64,000 nt of DNA, from contig NC_042997.1 in NCBI RefSeq assembly GCF_006345805.1, positions 77,748,001 through 77,812,000 of the forward strand, written 5' to 3'. Below are positions 11,973-24,946 of the stretch, piece after piece (position 1 is the first letter of the stretch; each line of letters opens with the position of its first letter). The stretch is from Octopus sinensis. Its lineage: Eukaryota. Both the position numbers and the translations under genes were made by a program. The notes below the pieces were generated by a model. That model was not told the DNA's origin and made no database searches. It worked only from the letters and a program-made list of their open reading frames with translations.

Positions 11973-12493
11973 GAGGTAGATAAAGACGAATGTCTCAGAC
12001 GTAAGATAGAATAATAATGATTTCTGGTGATAGATGAAATATTCAGAAGAAAGAAGAGAAACGCTGAGGGTCAGTAAGTCAAGCATGAAGTGAATGTAGA
12101 ACAGAAAGTAAATATTTAGTAGGGAGGGGTGGAGGAGACAAGATACTATATCAGTCACACCATGTAAAATGTATTCAAACTGTTGACGAGGAAACATTTT
12201 AACGTCATACCAATTACAATACAAACACGCAAGCACACAATAGAGAAAAATACTTATACAGATACTTATGCACATGTGGATGTATGGGAGAAACAGAGAG
12301 ATACACATATATACATATACACACACATACATATCCATGCTCAGATACACACTTACTAACATAAATGCATACACAAAAAAATACATTTTTTTAAAATACA
12401 CCCATCACAGATCCACACAATATATTGTATCATCATAGCCTACCGATCAAAAATATGAACAAAGGCATCAGTGAGTGACATTCGCTGTTCCAG

Positions 12494-12537
12494 GTGATCC
12501 CTATGAAAATAGCATCCAGTTCCACGGCAGATTTCAG
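12494..12537 (+). CDS. Candidate internal exon (xDPYENSIQFHGRFQ), phase 1 to 0
   Basis: ttccag|GTGATCCC...TTTCAG|gtgagg; open frame; phase-compatible with the 13411 exon. No homology recognised. Confidence 0.3.
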
Positions 12538-13410
12538 GTGAGGAAACTCCAAGGCAAGGAACTTGGGACACATTCTTAATCATGGTGTAGTTTGGTAGGT
12601 TTTACAAGTTGAAAATGAAATTGAGAAAAATAAATACTCCAGTTTTAGTTGGTAATGGAAGCCTCACTAAAATTATGACCTCAAGTTTCCCAGGCCATTT
12701 TTTAAATATTTCTCTTTTATTATTTTTTCCCCTTTTTTGTATTTATTTTCTTTGATTGTCTTTTAATTCTGAATTATATTGTAGTAATAAAATCCTTTAT
12801 GAACAAACTACAATGACTGAAATTTTGAATTTTGCATAGAAATATTTTGTTTCAAATCAAATGGATAAAATATAATCCAGTATTTACTCAAATAAACAGG
12901 TTTTGTTTTTTGTTTTTTTTTTGTTGCTTTTTTTTAGTTTTCCATCGTTTTAATTTTTTTTTATAGATGTCTAATATATGTCATTGTGTATAGAATACAA
13001 AAAATATAATTTGGAATTATAAAAATATACGGGAAGAACTATGGTATAAAAATTTCATTATATCATTAATAATGAAATAGTTCAAGGAAATACACTCTCA
13101 AAGAAACAATTAATGAAGAATAATTAAGAAAATGTTAAGCCGAAGAGGCTCCAGCACTTCGAAGAAAAAAAAAGATCAAGTGACAAAAAACCCCTATGCT
13201 TAAAACATAGGTAAATATTATACTTAATGTATTCTCTGAAGAGAGTTACAGAGAAAATGTTTGGTAGCATAACAAAATAAAAAATTGTTTTCATTGAGAA
13301 TCATCATGTAGTCTTGAGTATCTTCAGGTAGCTGCTTTTTGAGAACACAACCAGTTATTTAGCGTGGATCTGTTGTTTCTCTTTTTGTGTTGAAAATCTA
13401 CCATTTCCAG

Positions 13411-13623
13411 CCTCCTGCCGCTAAGAGAATGAAACAGATTGTGCTTGCAACTGCTACTGGTGCTGATGCTACAGACAACAAACAAGACAGTGGGTGTGAT
13501 AGAAGCGGTAGTGCTGCCGCTGGTTTTTTCACTGTTACCATCTCATCAACATGTTTCTGGTTCTTATCTATTCCTTTTACATATCTATTTATTTTTAAGT
13601 CTATCATGTGTGTGCTAGCTTAA
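13411..13623 (+). CDS. Candidate terminal exon with hydrophobic, GPI-signal-like C-terminus
   Basis: Acceptor ccatttccag; 70 codons PPAAKRMK...SGSAAAGFFTVTISSTCFWFLSIPFTYLFIFKSIMCVLA-stop; coding-like composition in an AT-rich background. Confidence 0.4.
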   Translation, partial: PPAAKRMKQIVLATATGADATDNKQDSGCDRSGSAAAGFFTVTISSTCFWFLSIPFTYLFIFKSIMCVLA

Positions 13624-14602
13624 ATCAACCAGAGCATCGAGTGACAGCTCTTGTGCCTCGATGATGAAACAGTTTATACACACTAGACTGCTATAAAGGC
13701 AAGTAGTACATGCGCGCGCGCGCGCACACACACAGTCACATATACGCAACACAGATTCATACACATTTAGTCTAGAACAGCTAATAATGTGTACCTAATA
13801 AGATTATGTTTGAATTAATAGTACATCTGTTCAACTGTTTAAAACTTATGAACAGAGGACGGAGCAAATTACCACTAAGTACATACCATTTCAAAAGCTT
13901 TTTTTTCTTTATTGCTTTTAGAGTTAAAGACAGAAAGTGAAAATAACAGCAACTGCCAGTAAGAAATATAGTCACACAATAACAAAATTGACTTGGTCAT
14001 TGTGTAGGTTATTATCTCCTAATAAGCAATAAACTAGTCACAAAGGATAATGTGTAATTAAGTAATGTGAATCTTAAAATAGCTTAATATCTGTGAATTG
14101 ATAGTAATGATAATCACATGTAGTGCTTTTTTTCTTACTTTTTTTTTTTATTATTTTTATCTTTGCCTTCAGGGCAGATGTAACTGTTTTAGTAATTTTA
14201 GAAATATTATATTTATTCCAACAGTCTCACTAGTTATCTCTAATACCACTCAAAGGAAGCTGAAAAATTCCACTCAAACCCTAGTATCTTTTAAAAAAGG
14301 ACAAACGATGGGATGGTCACAGCTGAAATGTCTTTGATAGGGATCTGCTCAATCACAGCTGACCTAAGGTTAAATAACTTTCAATACAAATTTATTCTCT
14401 CAAAACTGAAACCAAGGAGGGAAATATATCAGCAAATGAACAAATTATCTCACTAGACTATGATTTTTTTCAAGTACTTAAAGAATATCAATTATTATTA
14501 TTAAGGCTGAATCTTTAGCATACAGGGCAAAAGGCTTAGCAGCATTTCATCCATTGCTACTGAGGTCAACTTTGTCTTTCATCCTTTTCGGGTTCATCAT
14601 CA

Positions 14603-14800
14603 TAGTCATTTAACGTTCGCTTTCCATGCTAGTATGGGTTGGATGATTTGACTGAGGGCTGGTGAGCAAGATGGCTGTACCAGGCTCCAATCTGATCTGG
14701 CAGAGTTTCTACAGCTGGATACCCTTCCTAACACCAACCACTCCGAGAGTGTAGTGAATGCTTTTATGTGCCACTGGCACGAGGGCCAATCAGTTATGAG
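14603..14800 (-). mobile_element. RTE 3' tail fragment
   Basis: Matches 6600-6790 (TTTAACGT.CG...CCATGCTAG.ATGGGTTGGA...CCCTTCCTAAC.CCAACCACTCC). Confidence 0.85.
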
Positions 14801-14804
14801 TGTT

Positions 14805-15077
14805 CCAGTTGATCCGATCAATGGAACAGCCTGCTCCTGAAATTAATGTACAAGTGGCTGAGCACTCCACAAACATGTGTGCCTCAGGGAGATTCAGCAT
14901 GACACAGAATGTGACAAGGCTGGCCCTTTGAAATACAGGTACTACTCATTTTTACCAGCTGGAGCAATGTGAAATAAAGTTTCTTGCTCAAGTACACAAT
15001 GTGCCACTGGATTATCAAACTCATAGCCTTACAATCGGGAGCTAAATATTCTAACCACTTGACCACAAGCCTTCACT
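14805..15077 (-). mobile_element. Degenerate tRNA-derived CORE-type SINE
   Basis: Minus strand has a tRNA-like head and TGTGTACTTGAGCAAGAAACTTTA, resembling the CORE motif TCCTTGAGCAAG. Confidence 0.55.
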
Positions 15078-16854
15078 TAATAAGTTACCATCATCTTTAT
15101 CTTCCTTCCAGCAGAAATCAAATGTGTTGCAAGTATATAAAGAGAATTAGATGCCAATGAAAATAGGAGCAGGCATGGTTGTATGCTTAAAAACGTTTGT
15201 GTTGCAACCAGAAGGTTCTGAGTTCAATTTCACTGTATAGCACCCTAGACACGTATTTTCTACTAAAAATTTGATTAGACCAATACATTTGAAGCAGACA
15301 TTTACAGAATCTGTGAAGTTCAACATGTGTGCATGTATAATTTGTTGACTGCTGGTTGAATAAGAGGGTAGATGAAATTAAAGTTCCAATCAACATGGAT
15401 TTTGTTAATTTGACTGTCCGCTTAGTATTGAGTCCTCCATCAATAAATGCTTCATTGCTATTCTGAAAATTGCTTTAAAATATTAAGCTTAATTTAATGT
15501 TATACATCATCATCAATCCATCATCATTTAATATCCATTCTCTACGTTGGCAGGCGTTAGATGATTTGAGATGAGCTGCAGGGCTGCATCAGGCTCCAAA
15601 ATCAACTTTGGTTTCTATGGCTGAATGCCCTTCCGAACACCAGCCACTTTACAGTGTGTACTGGGAGCTTTTTTTCATAACACCTGTGCTACTGAGGTTG
15701 CTAAGTAACTTCTAAGACAAAGAAAAGAAAAAGAAAAGTTCATATGATTGAGTGGGGATGTATTTGAGAAAGAGGAAGGTGGCTTTATACTAGGTGCTAA
15801 AGGCTATGGGAGAGAGAGAGAGACAAGCACAAGTGTCTTGCTATTGAGAGATATCTTTTCAACATGGAACCATTAATTCTGACATCTTTTTTCTCTTTTT
15901 GTTTTCTCTCTATCTCTCTTTATTTTCTTCCCGTCATTCCTTTCTGTTGAAGAGTGTAGGCTTGAAATATCAAAGACTTCTCCATTTTTCCCAAGCACCA
16001 AGCAAATACATCTGCTTGTTGCTCTTTCACCTGTCTCTGTCTTTGGTTTTCTGTACATTTGAACCATATAGAGGAGATACATGGCTACTCCACATTATAT
16101 GAGGATAGGAAGGAAGGTAAAGATGATGGTGACAGTGAGCCAAACCATACTCTCAAGATACAAGAAGGTATGTCCAGAGCTTGTACTGGTACACTGTAAA
16201 GAATTCCTGTCTATACCTTTCCTATATATCAAGCAGGGCCATTTACCTTATGGGATCAGAGTCCTGTTTATTTTTTTGCTTACTACAACTTTGGCTGCGT
16301 ATGTGCATGCATGTGTGTGTGTATGTGTGAGGAAAGAAAAACTGGAAAATTAGGAACGTTTTTAATTCTCTGTTACATGAGTTTCATAACAGTAGAGGAA
16401 ATACATTATGGATATAAATATCAGTAATAGTAATAATGCTGTAAATACAATAAATTCATGCAGAGAACAAGAGGACATGAATGGGATCTCATAACTGTAA
16501 CTTTGCAGACAAAGATTCCAAAATGATATATCATTATTGTTTAATGTCTGCCTTCCATGCTGGTATGAGTTGGATGGTTTGGCAGGAGCCTGCACCAGAC
16601 TTCTGTGTTTGTCTTGGTGGGGTTTTTTTATGGTTGGATGCCCTTCCTAACACCAGCCACCCAGCAAAGTGGACATAATATTATATATATATAATTAGAA
16701 AAAAAAAACCTTTTATCAATTCAATAATGAAAAATTTTATTACACCATCTAGAAAATTAAATATTATAGAAAAATTGAATATAAGATTAAAAATACAACG
16801 ATGATTAAGAAATGTGCAAAATAATAAATATAACGTATATATTGGGTAGAATAA

Positions 16855-16956
16855 CAACACATATTTCGTGGCTATATTTAAGAAATGATTATAGTAAAAA
16901 TATTAGTAGTAGTAGTAAAATCACTTTAATATAAATATAGCCACTCATCAGGTTAA
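16855..16956 (-). ncRNA. Decayed hammerhead ribozyme motif (Penelope-like remnant)
   Basis: Minus: TAAC-CTGATGA-GTGGCTATATTTA...TAAATATAGCCAC-GAAA-TATGT-GTT. Perfect 13-bp stem II; stem III degenerate. Confidence 0.6.
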
Positions 16957-17155
16957 AGATAACTACAATAATAAAATAATTAATTAATAAATATTTAATG
17001 TATTACATATAATTTAATTTGAGAATTAGTTTTTGTTAGACAATACATTATTTAATAATTAGGTGGTATATTTATCAAGTAGTATTACATTTAAATAAAT
17101 TAGTTTTTATATTAATTGATATTTTGGTCAACTATATTATTGATATATTAAATCT

Positions 17156-17231
17156 ATAGATACACACATATATATATACACATACACATATATATATATA
17201 CACACATATATATATATATATACATACACAC

Positions 17232-17262
<31 letters not shown>

Positions 17263-17377
17263 TATATATATATATATACACACACATATATATATATATA
17301 TACACACACATATATATACACACACACACATATATATATATACACACACATATATATACACACACATATATATATAT

Positions 17378-17422
<45 letters not shown>

Positions 17423-17465
17423 TATATATATATATATACACACACACACATATATATATATATAT

Positions 17466-17496
<31 letters not shown>

Positions 17497-17550
17497 CACA
17501 CACACATATATATATATATATACACACACATATATATATATATTATATAT

Positions 17551-17600
<50 letters not shown>

Positions 17601-17612
17601 TATATATATACA
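17156..17612. repeat. (CA)n/(TA)n compound microsatellite
   Basis: Direct inspection; explains the CVYI-type ORFs. Confidence 0.95.
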
Positions 17613-17724
17613 CAATATTATATCATCATTAACATCATCATTTAACATCCTGCTGTCTATGTTGGCATCGGTTGGATGGTTTGACCAGGGCTGATAAGCT
17701 GAGGGGCTGCACCTATGTTATTTG

Positions 17725-17890
17725 TATATAGTAAGTGTAGGTTATTAAGAAGTTTATTTCCCAACACATGATCTCAGGTTCAGTCCTGCTGCAAGCACCT
17801 TGAGCAAGTATCTTCTACTATAGCCTTGGGCTGACCAAAACTTTGTAAATGGATTTGGTAAAGGGAAACTGAAACAAGCAGGTCATTTGT
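17725..17890 (+). mobile_element. Degenerate tRNA/CORE SINE
   Basis: GGTTCAGTCC B-box-like motif, CACCTTGAGCAAGTATCTTCTACTATAGCC core, (TATG)n tail. Confidence 0.55.
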
Positions 17891-17924
17891 TTGTATGTAT
17901 GTAAGTATGTATGTTTGTTTGTTT

Positions 17925-20900
17925 ATGTCAGGTTACTTATGAGGCTCTCATAAGTGCTACTGGTAACGTGGAATCCAGTATAATCTGTTGCATGGTTAGA
18001 TTGCCAGTGACTAAACTGGCACCCCACCAGGCTATCCTGGTGAGGAGGGTTGCTAGAAACCCAGCAGGATTAAAAACAAAACCTGTTGAAAGGTCGGATG
18101 AACCTAGTGCAGGCTCAATGGCTATCCAGCAATAGCACGGGTATGCAGAAATTCCAGGATGGTGTCCAGTGTCCTGAAAGACCACTGGGAGTGAGGCACT
18201 CCTCAGCTTCTGTTGAAGCATTCTCTAGGAGAAGGTCACTCTGATATAAAACCAGATATGCAGGGAATGGCATTGGACATTTTGGGGATCTTTGGTTTGT
18301 GCTAGAGATCATGGCACTCCCACATCCCTGAGCCTGCCACTTATACTGGCACCAGACATCTTGCTCTGGCTTGTCTCTGGATAAAGTCAATAAAGTGGAG
18401 AGGGTCTATGAGGTGTTGTGCAAGCCTTATTGGACCTAAAACTCTGCACAGGCATTGCTGACCTCTGCTCGATATGTGCCTTTTCTTTCTTTTTTTCCTA
18501 TATATATTTATTTTATTTTTAGTATATATGTATCTTTATTTTTAGTATATATTTATATATTTTTAGGGTTAGGGTTTTATTTTATTTTTTATTCGGAAGT
18601 CCTGTGGCGATGGGAAGGTGGTGAAGCATGCAGACCTGACGGGTTGGAAGCATGTGGTCAGTGACCTGCATGTAGGCAGCCCATGCTAGATATAAAGTCG
18701 TCTCCTTGTTGCCCAAGACAGCAGTAGGATTCAGTTGCTGCATGGGTGTCTAAGCGGCTCCATTTGGAGAGGGCACTGCTCATCCAGAGGCTGGGGAGGT
18801 TCTAGAAAAGGTGAACCAAAAATTGTATACAAATTGTCTTTGTATATCTGGTCAGTTTAGTGTGACTGACAGATGTTCACCCTATGGTCGAAAAACAAAG
18901 AGACTTGTTCACAAAATCTGGATGGAACCTGAACATTTCATGTTGGAATGTGCACACTCTGTTGTATAACAAGAGTGATTGCAGGCCTAAGTCGTCTCCT
19001 TGTTGCCCAAGACAGCAGTAGGATTCAGTTGCTGCATGGGTGTCTGAGCGGCTCCATTTGGAGAGGGCACTGCTCATCCAGAGGCTGGGGAGGTTCTAGA
19101 AAAGGTGAACCAAAAATTGTATACAAATTGTCTTTGTATATCTGGTCAGTTTAGTGTGACTGACAGATGTTCACCCTATGGTCGAAAAACAAAGAGACTT
19201 GTTCACAAAATCTGGATGGAACCTGAACATTTCATGTTGGAATGTGCACACTCTGTTGTATAACAAGAGTGATTGCAGGCCTGAAAGATGCACTGCACTT
19301 GTTGCTCATGAGCTGAGCCATTATAACATTGATATAGCTGCACTTACAGAGACTCTTATAGAAGGTAATGGTCAGCTTCAGGAAGTAGGAGGTGGATACA
19401 CCTTTTTTTGGAAGGGGAGGCAGAAGGGAGAGCGCAGAGAGGCTGGTGTTGGCTTTGCAGTTTGATCTGATATCCTTAAGAAGTTGGAGGAGCTTCCCAT
19501 TCCTATAAATGAATGTCTAATGACTCTGCAATTGCACCTGAAAGGTGGGTGGTTTGCTACTCTAATAAATGCCTATGCACCTACTTTGACTAGCTGTAAT
19601 GAGATAAAAGTATTTTTTATACCCAGCTGAGAGCCATACTTAGGAAAATCCCCAATTCTGATAAAGTCATTCTACTGGAGGTTTTCAATGCCAGGGTTGA
19701 AACAGACTGGCAAACATGGAACTCTCTTGACATTTTGGAGTAGAGAAAATGAATAGCAATGGTCTCATACTGCTGGAGTTTTGCAATGAACTTTACATCA
19801 CAAGTGCTCATTTTATGTACAGAGGTGATCACACAACAAAGTGGATGCATCCAAGGTCTAAAGTTTGGCACTTGCTTGATTATTTCATCATCTGCAAGTG
19901 TGACATCTATGACAATATAATGTTAAGTCCTTTCATGGATCGAAATGCTGGATATACCACAGATGATGAGTAGAGTGAAAGAGAGAAAACGGTCAACTAT
20001 AGCAGTGTAAAATCACTTCTGCAAATATCTCTCAGGAAGATGTAGAACACTTGGTGGGAGGATCTTGCTTGTGATGTTCAGGCTGCTGCTGATGCAAATG
20101 ACAGTAAGAAGTTTTACCATCTTATGAAGCAAGTTTATGGGCTTAAGAGCTCCACATCAGCTCCTTTGCTTTCCAAGGAGTCTTCTACTCTATTTACTAA
20201 ATCAACGGAAATCACAAGTCACTGGATCGAACACTTCTCTGAACTCCTAAACTATGAGTCAGTTGTGGATGAAACAGTGATTGATACTATGCAACAAAGA
20301 CCTATCATTGGCTCAATAGATGAAGTAATGACATCAATAGTAAATTGAATCTTGGTAAGGCACCTGGAAAGGATGGAATTTGTGCTGAGGTCTTGTGATT
20401 TGGTGGTGATTACTTCATACAGTCCTTTCATGAACTTATTAGCGCAGTCTGGAGGGATGGTGCAGCACCTAAGGACTGGAAGGATGCAATTATTCTTCCT
20501 CTCTATAAAGGAAAAGGAGCCAGAATAATGTGTGGTAACAACAAAGATATTGCTGGCAAGGTTCTGGCAAATATTCTTCTTACCTGCCTAAATGGATGTC
20601 TTGTAAATGATGTCCTATCTGAGTCTCCATGTGGCTTCTAATCTGATAGAGGGATAATGGATATGATTTTCACAGTAAGACAGATGCAGGAAAAGTGCTA
20701 CGAGGAGAATAAGGATCTTGTCCAGGTATTCATTGATTTAACGAAGGCCTTTGATACTGTAAATAGAGCCTTTCTATGGAAAATACTTGGCAAACTTGGA
20801 TGTCCAGATCACGTTGTATCTATAATTAAATCACTTCATGATGGGATGGAGGCTTGGGTCAATGTTGGTGGTGGCATGGTGGGACCCATTCCTGTAGAGA

Positions 20901-21900
20901 ATGGTGTCAAGCAGGGTGACATCCTTACCCCAACTCTCTTTTCTTTGTACTTAGCTGCTGCTTTTATGTATGCTTTTGCTAAGGTTAGCTTTCTGGGAAT
21001 ATATGTCAGATATCGACCTTCTGGCCGCCTCTTTAATCTGCACTGATTTGCTGCCAATTCAAAAGTTTTCCAGTCTCTTATTTGTGACCTCCTTTATGCA
21101 GATGACTGTGACTTAGACACTCATACAGTGGATGACATGCAAATACTTATGAATCATATTTCTGCTTCTTGCAAGGCTTTTGGACAGTATTAGCCTGGAC
21201 AAGACTGTTGTAATGTTCTAGCCTGCACCAGGAAATCCATATGTGGAACTAGCTATCTTGGTTGAAGGAACAATTCTGAAAGTGGGCAGCATACTCAGCA
21301 ATTCTTGCTCCCTGAATGATGAAATATCGTTCAGGCTGCAGAGAGTAACTAATTCCTTCCGGTCTCTTCAGTCTCATATTTGGTTCCAGTATCGCATCAC
21401 AAGGCAAACAAAAATTGCTGTGTACCGTGCATATGTACTGACATCACTCCTTTACTCATGTGAGACATGGACCCTTTACAAACGTCATGTAAAGGTCTTT
21501 GAACACTTTCATCAGAGATGTCTCAGACACATTCTGAATGTTGGCTAGACCTTAAAAACTCCAGACACACAGGTCCTGAGGACAGCTGATATCTTGAGTA
21601 TTGAAGCGATGGTGCACAAGCACTGGTTATGTTGGGATGAACACCTTATTAGAATGAAAGATAGCAAGATCCCTAAGCAGATGCTATATGGGGAAATTGT
21701 GAATGGAAAGAGATCCCAGTAGAAAACAAGGCTGCAATTTAAAGACTGTGTCACATCCTCATTAAAGGCCTGTGATATGCAGGAGACTGACTGGGAGAAC
21801 AATGCCTGTCATTGACACAGATGGAGGAAGCAGGTTAAGGAGGGGGTCAACATTTTTGAGAGAGCATGTATTCAGCATGAAGAACTTAAGCGTGCTGCTT
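17925..21900 (+). mobile_element. Old, degenerate RTE (BovB-like) LINE, near full length
   Basis: APE: ISCWNVHTL, NIDIAALTET, GGGYTFFWKG, GVGFAV. RT: DMIFTVRQMQEKC, FIDLTKAFDTVNR, GVKQGDILTPTLF, YADD, LLYSCETW. Many stops and frameshifts; 5' boundary approximate. Confidence 0.9.
18695..19282. repeat. Near-perfect 294-bp tandem duplication inside the RTE
   Basis: 18695-18988 repeated at 18989-19282; one mismatch noticed (GTCTAAGC vs GTCTGAGC). Confidence 0.92.
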
Positions 21901-22624
21901 GAAAGCACACTGTTAGTGTAGTGTAGTTTGGTCTGCAATGTTTGCAGTCATGTATTCTTGTTTAGAGCAGGGTCATTAGCCACCAACAAAACCGCAAATG
22001 CTAAATATAAGTTAGTCCTAGAGCGCACAATGTTCCTGAAGGTCAGCAATTGTCTTCATTGGATACAAGTGGACAACCATCATGTATGTGTTACTCTCTG
22101 CTTTCTTTGACATTGCATGATAACTCTAAGTGGGTGTCACCATGATGCAACTAGTGTCCTCTGTTTCCAGTCTTCTGAGGCATGTCTGGTCATGGGGAAA
22201 TATCTTACTTAAAAAAAGGAGACAGTTGGTGATAAGAAGGGCATCAGGCTGTAGCTAAGCCACCTTAACAAATTCCATTCAGCCCATGCAAGCAGGGAAA
22301 AGTGGATGTTGAACAATGATGATGATTATACATACAATATTTACATACTAGCCAAGTCACCTGACCTTGTCTAAGTTCTGAAATTTGGTTCTTCCTAATG
22401 TAGGGGCAAAAGAAATCCAGCCAAATAGTAAACTTACCTCCCAACTTTAAAAATTGGCATCCATCCTACTTATTGCACAAGTACCAAATGAGGTGAGTGA
22501 AAGAGAGAGTGTGTATTTCAAAGTTTATAAAAATTAACAGTCCAATTCAAACAGCATAATAGCTGAATATTTTCAGATATAACCGAATTTAAATATAAAA
22601 TACTTAAAGAATAACATTTCTGTT

Positions 22625-23350
22625 GTCCATCATCATCATCATCATCTAATGTCCATTTTCCCTGCTGGCTTGAGTTGGATGGCTTGACAGGAACTGGCAA
22701 GGCCAGGAATGCACCATGTTCCATAGTCTGTTTTGAGTTGGTTTCTATGGTTGAATTCCCTTAACATCAGCCACTTCACAGAGTGTACCAGGTGCTTTTT
22801 ACATGGTACCATCACCAATGCTTTTATGTGCCATTAGCACCCACACTAAAGCTTTTTATGTGGCACCTTAGTTTTAGAATAACAGTGATGTTATTCTGAT
22901 GGTGATGGTGGTCTACTCAAGTACAGCAATTTGCCACATATCTCACTCCTCTGTTGTCTCCTTTGTAAGGTTGTTTTGAGATCAGCAATCAATACTTCGT
23001 CCCATGTCTTTGCAGGTTTTCTTCTTCTACAATTTCACTCCACTTTAAGTGATTAGCACTTCTTTATCCAACTGTCTTCATCCATCTATATCACATGACC
23101 AAACCAGTGCAATCTCCCCATTCCTCTTATGCCCAACTTCTCCCACAGTATACCAATGCTGTCACACTCACATTGACACTGCAAATCCATCAAAGCATAC
23201 CAGCTCATTCCTCTCCAGCCTTCACGTGTCCTCTGCATTTGGGGCCCATGTTTAACTGTCAGGCAGCATCACAGTTTGTACTCATGAGTCATACAATCTT
23301 GTTTTCACTCAGAGAAAGGGTCCTTTGGTTACTAAAAGCAGTAAAAGTTC
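22625..23350 (-). mobile_element. Degenerate RTE 3' fragment
   Basis: (CAT)n tail at about 22628-22645, RTE 3' UTR motifs and decayed C-terminal ORF. Confidence 0.75.
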
Positions 23351-23419
23351 TCTGAACTTTCTCTATACTTAATTTTTTGAAGTTATGATTTTTAAATGAG
23401 AAATTTGCAGATGCCAATG

Positions 23420-23720
23420 CCACCTGACTAGCACCCATGCTTGGTGGCATGTAATAAGCACCATTCAAGTGTGGGTTGATGCCAGTGCCGCCTGACTGGC
23501 TCCCCGTGCTAGTGACACATAAAAATCACCATCCAAATGTGGTTGATGCCAGTGCTTGACTGGCTCCCATGCCACCAGCACATAAAAAGCATCCGCTACA
23601 CTCTTAGAGTGGTTGGCATTAGGAAGGGCATCCAGCTGTAGAAACCTTGCCAAATCAGATTGGAGCTTGGTGCAGCCTACTGGCTTGCCATCCAGCCCAT
23701 ACCAGCATGGAAAATGGATG
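23420..23720 (+). mobile_element. RTE 3' UTR fragment
   Basis: GAGTGGTTGGCATTAGGAAGGGCATCCAGCTGTAGAAAC...CCAGCATGGAAA...(GAT)n tail. Confidence 0.8.
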
Positions 23721-24078
23721 TTAAATGATGATGATGATGTTCCAATACAGTGTCCACTAAGAGGGATGAGTGAGAAAATGTGTGTGTGTTATGTCTTTAG
23801 CAGAGAGAAAGAATTAAAGTGAGACAGAGAGAAGAGGGTTGAAGAAAGAAGGTAAAAATTCAGGGTAAAGAAAAGCAGAGGATTTGGCATTATAAACTAA
23901 TTTTTCTGTACCTCTGATTTAACACACCCTTTATCAACGGTAATATGAGGTCATGGTCATGTTGGCCAAATAGGTATAATTATTAGTTTCCCATTGGTTA
24001 AAATTACTGCCCATATTTGAATTCTAACTTTTGTCAAAGAGAAATATTTCACAAGATACGGTTCTTAGAATTCAGATA

Positions 24079-24346
24079 TGATCATTGTCATGCCAAGTCT
24101 TTTATCTAATTCAATAAGGCTATTTTGAATTGTTGTTTAAAATTCTTGTAGCTTAGTTATGGAAGAATTAGTTAATATAAATTTTATTTATGTACATTTT
24201 TATAAGTCAAAAGAAGACTGTCGTAGAGAGTTACAACATAAAATTTATATTAACTAATTCTTCCATAACTAAGCTACAAGAGTTTTAAACAACAATTCAA
24301 AATAACCTTATTGAATTAGATAAAAGACTTGGCATGGCAATGACCA
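24079..24346. repeat. About 109-bp inverted repeat with 50-bp spacer (fold-back MITE-like)
   Basis: Arms 24079-24187 and 24238-24346 are reverse complements with about 4 mismatches; TA at the outer edges. Confidence 0.9.
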
Positions 24347-24752
24347 ATATCTCAAGAAAGTGAGTGTCGTGGAATCAAGTGACAACCAATGAACACTGAA
24401 TTATTTCCCAAAAATTAGGGTTTTTATAACTGCTCATAGGAAGGGCCCCAGTATTTAAGAATGGTAAGCTCTCAATAAGAAATGACTCAGATCATGAAAC
24501 AAATATTATACTTCAGGTTGTACAACAAACACAACTTGTATATGATACTGATAATTTATTCAGGTTCTGCTATGTAATTTGGGAATGTGTAATTGAAAAA
24601 CTAATTAGAAGAGTCACACAGATTGTTATAAGTGTCAGGCAGACAGCTGAGAAATAGAAGCAGTTTACTGCATGGTAACCATGGCAAAGATACTTAACTA
24701 ATCAACTCAATAAATTTATATTTAAATGTTAAACATTATGAACAAATACAAC

Positions 24753-24946
24753 CAGTGACATATGGTGGTTGTTGTATTGGGTGTGTTGCCACACCCAATG
24801 CCGTCAAATTTCAAACAAGATTATGACGTAAGTTTTCTATTAAGATTTGTGATTAAATTGATGAGTAAGGTTAATATTTATAATGAATTTGTAATTTTCG
24901 ATGGGTGTGCAGTGCACACCTAGCAAACCCAGAATATACACCTCTG
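24753..24946. mobile_element. hAT-type MITE with 8-bp TSD
   Basis: AATACAAC duplicated at 24745-24752 and 24947-24954; imperfect TIRs CAGTGACATAT / CAGAGGTGTAT; subterminal palindromes GGGTGTG...CACACC. Confidence 0.85.

Noticed and set aside
13398-13607. Minus-strand 69-aa ORF with a hydrophobic end
   Set aside because: Antisense to the better-supported plus-strand exon, with no compatible downstream exon found. Not fully excluded.
17990-18420. Hairpins in the RTE 5' UTR as a possible HDV-like ribozyme
   Set aside because: Could not assemble the nested double pseudoknot (P1/P2/P3/P1.1) by eye; needs a descriptor search on the family consensus.
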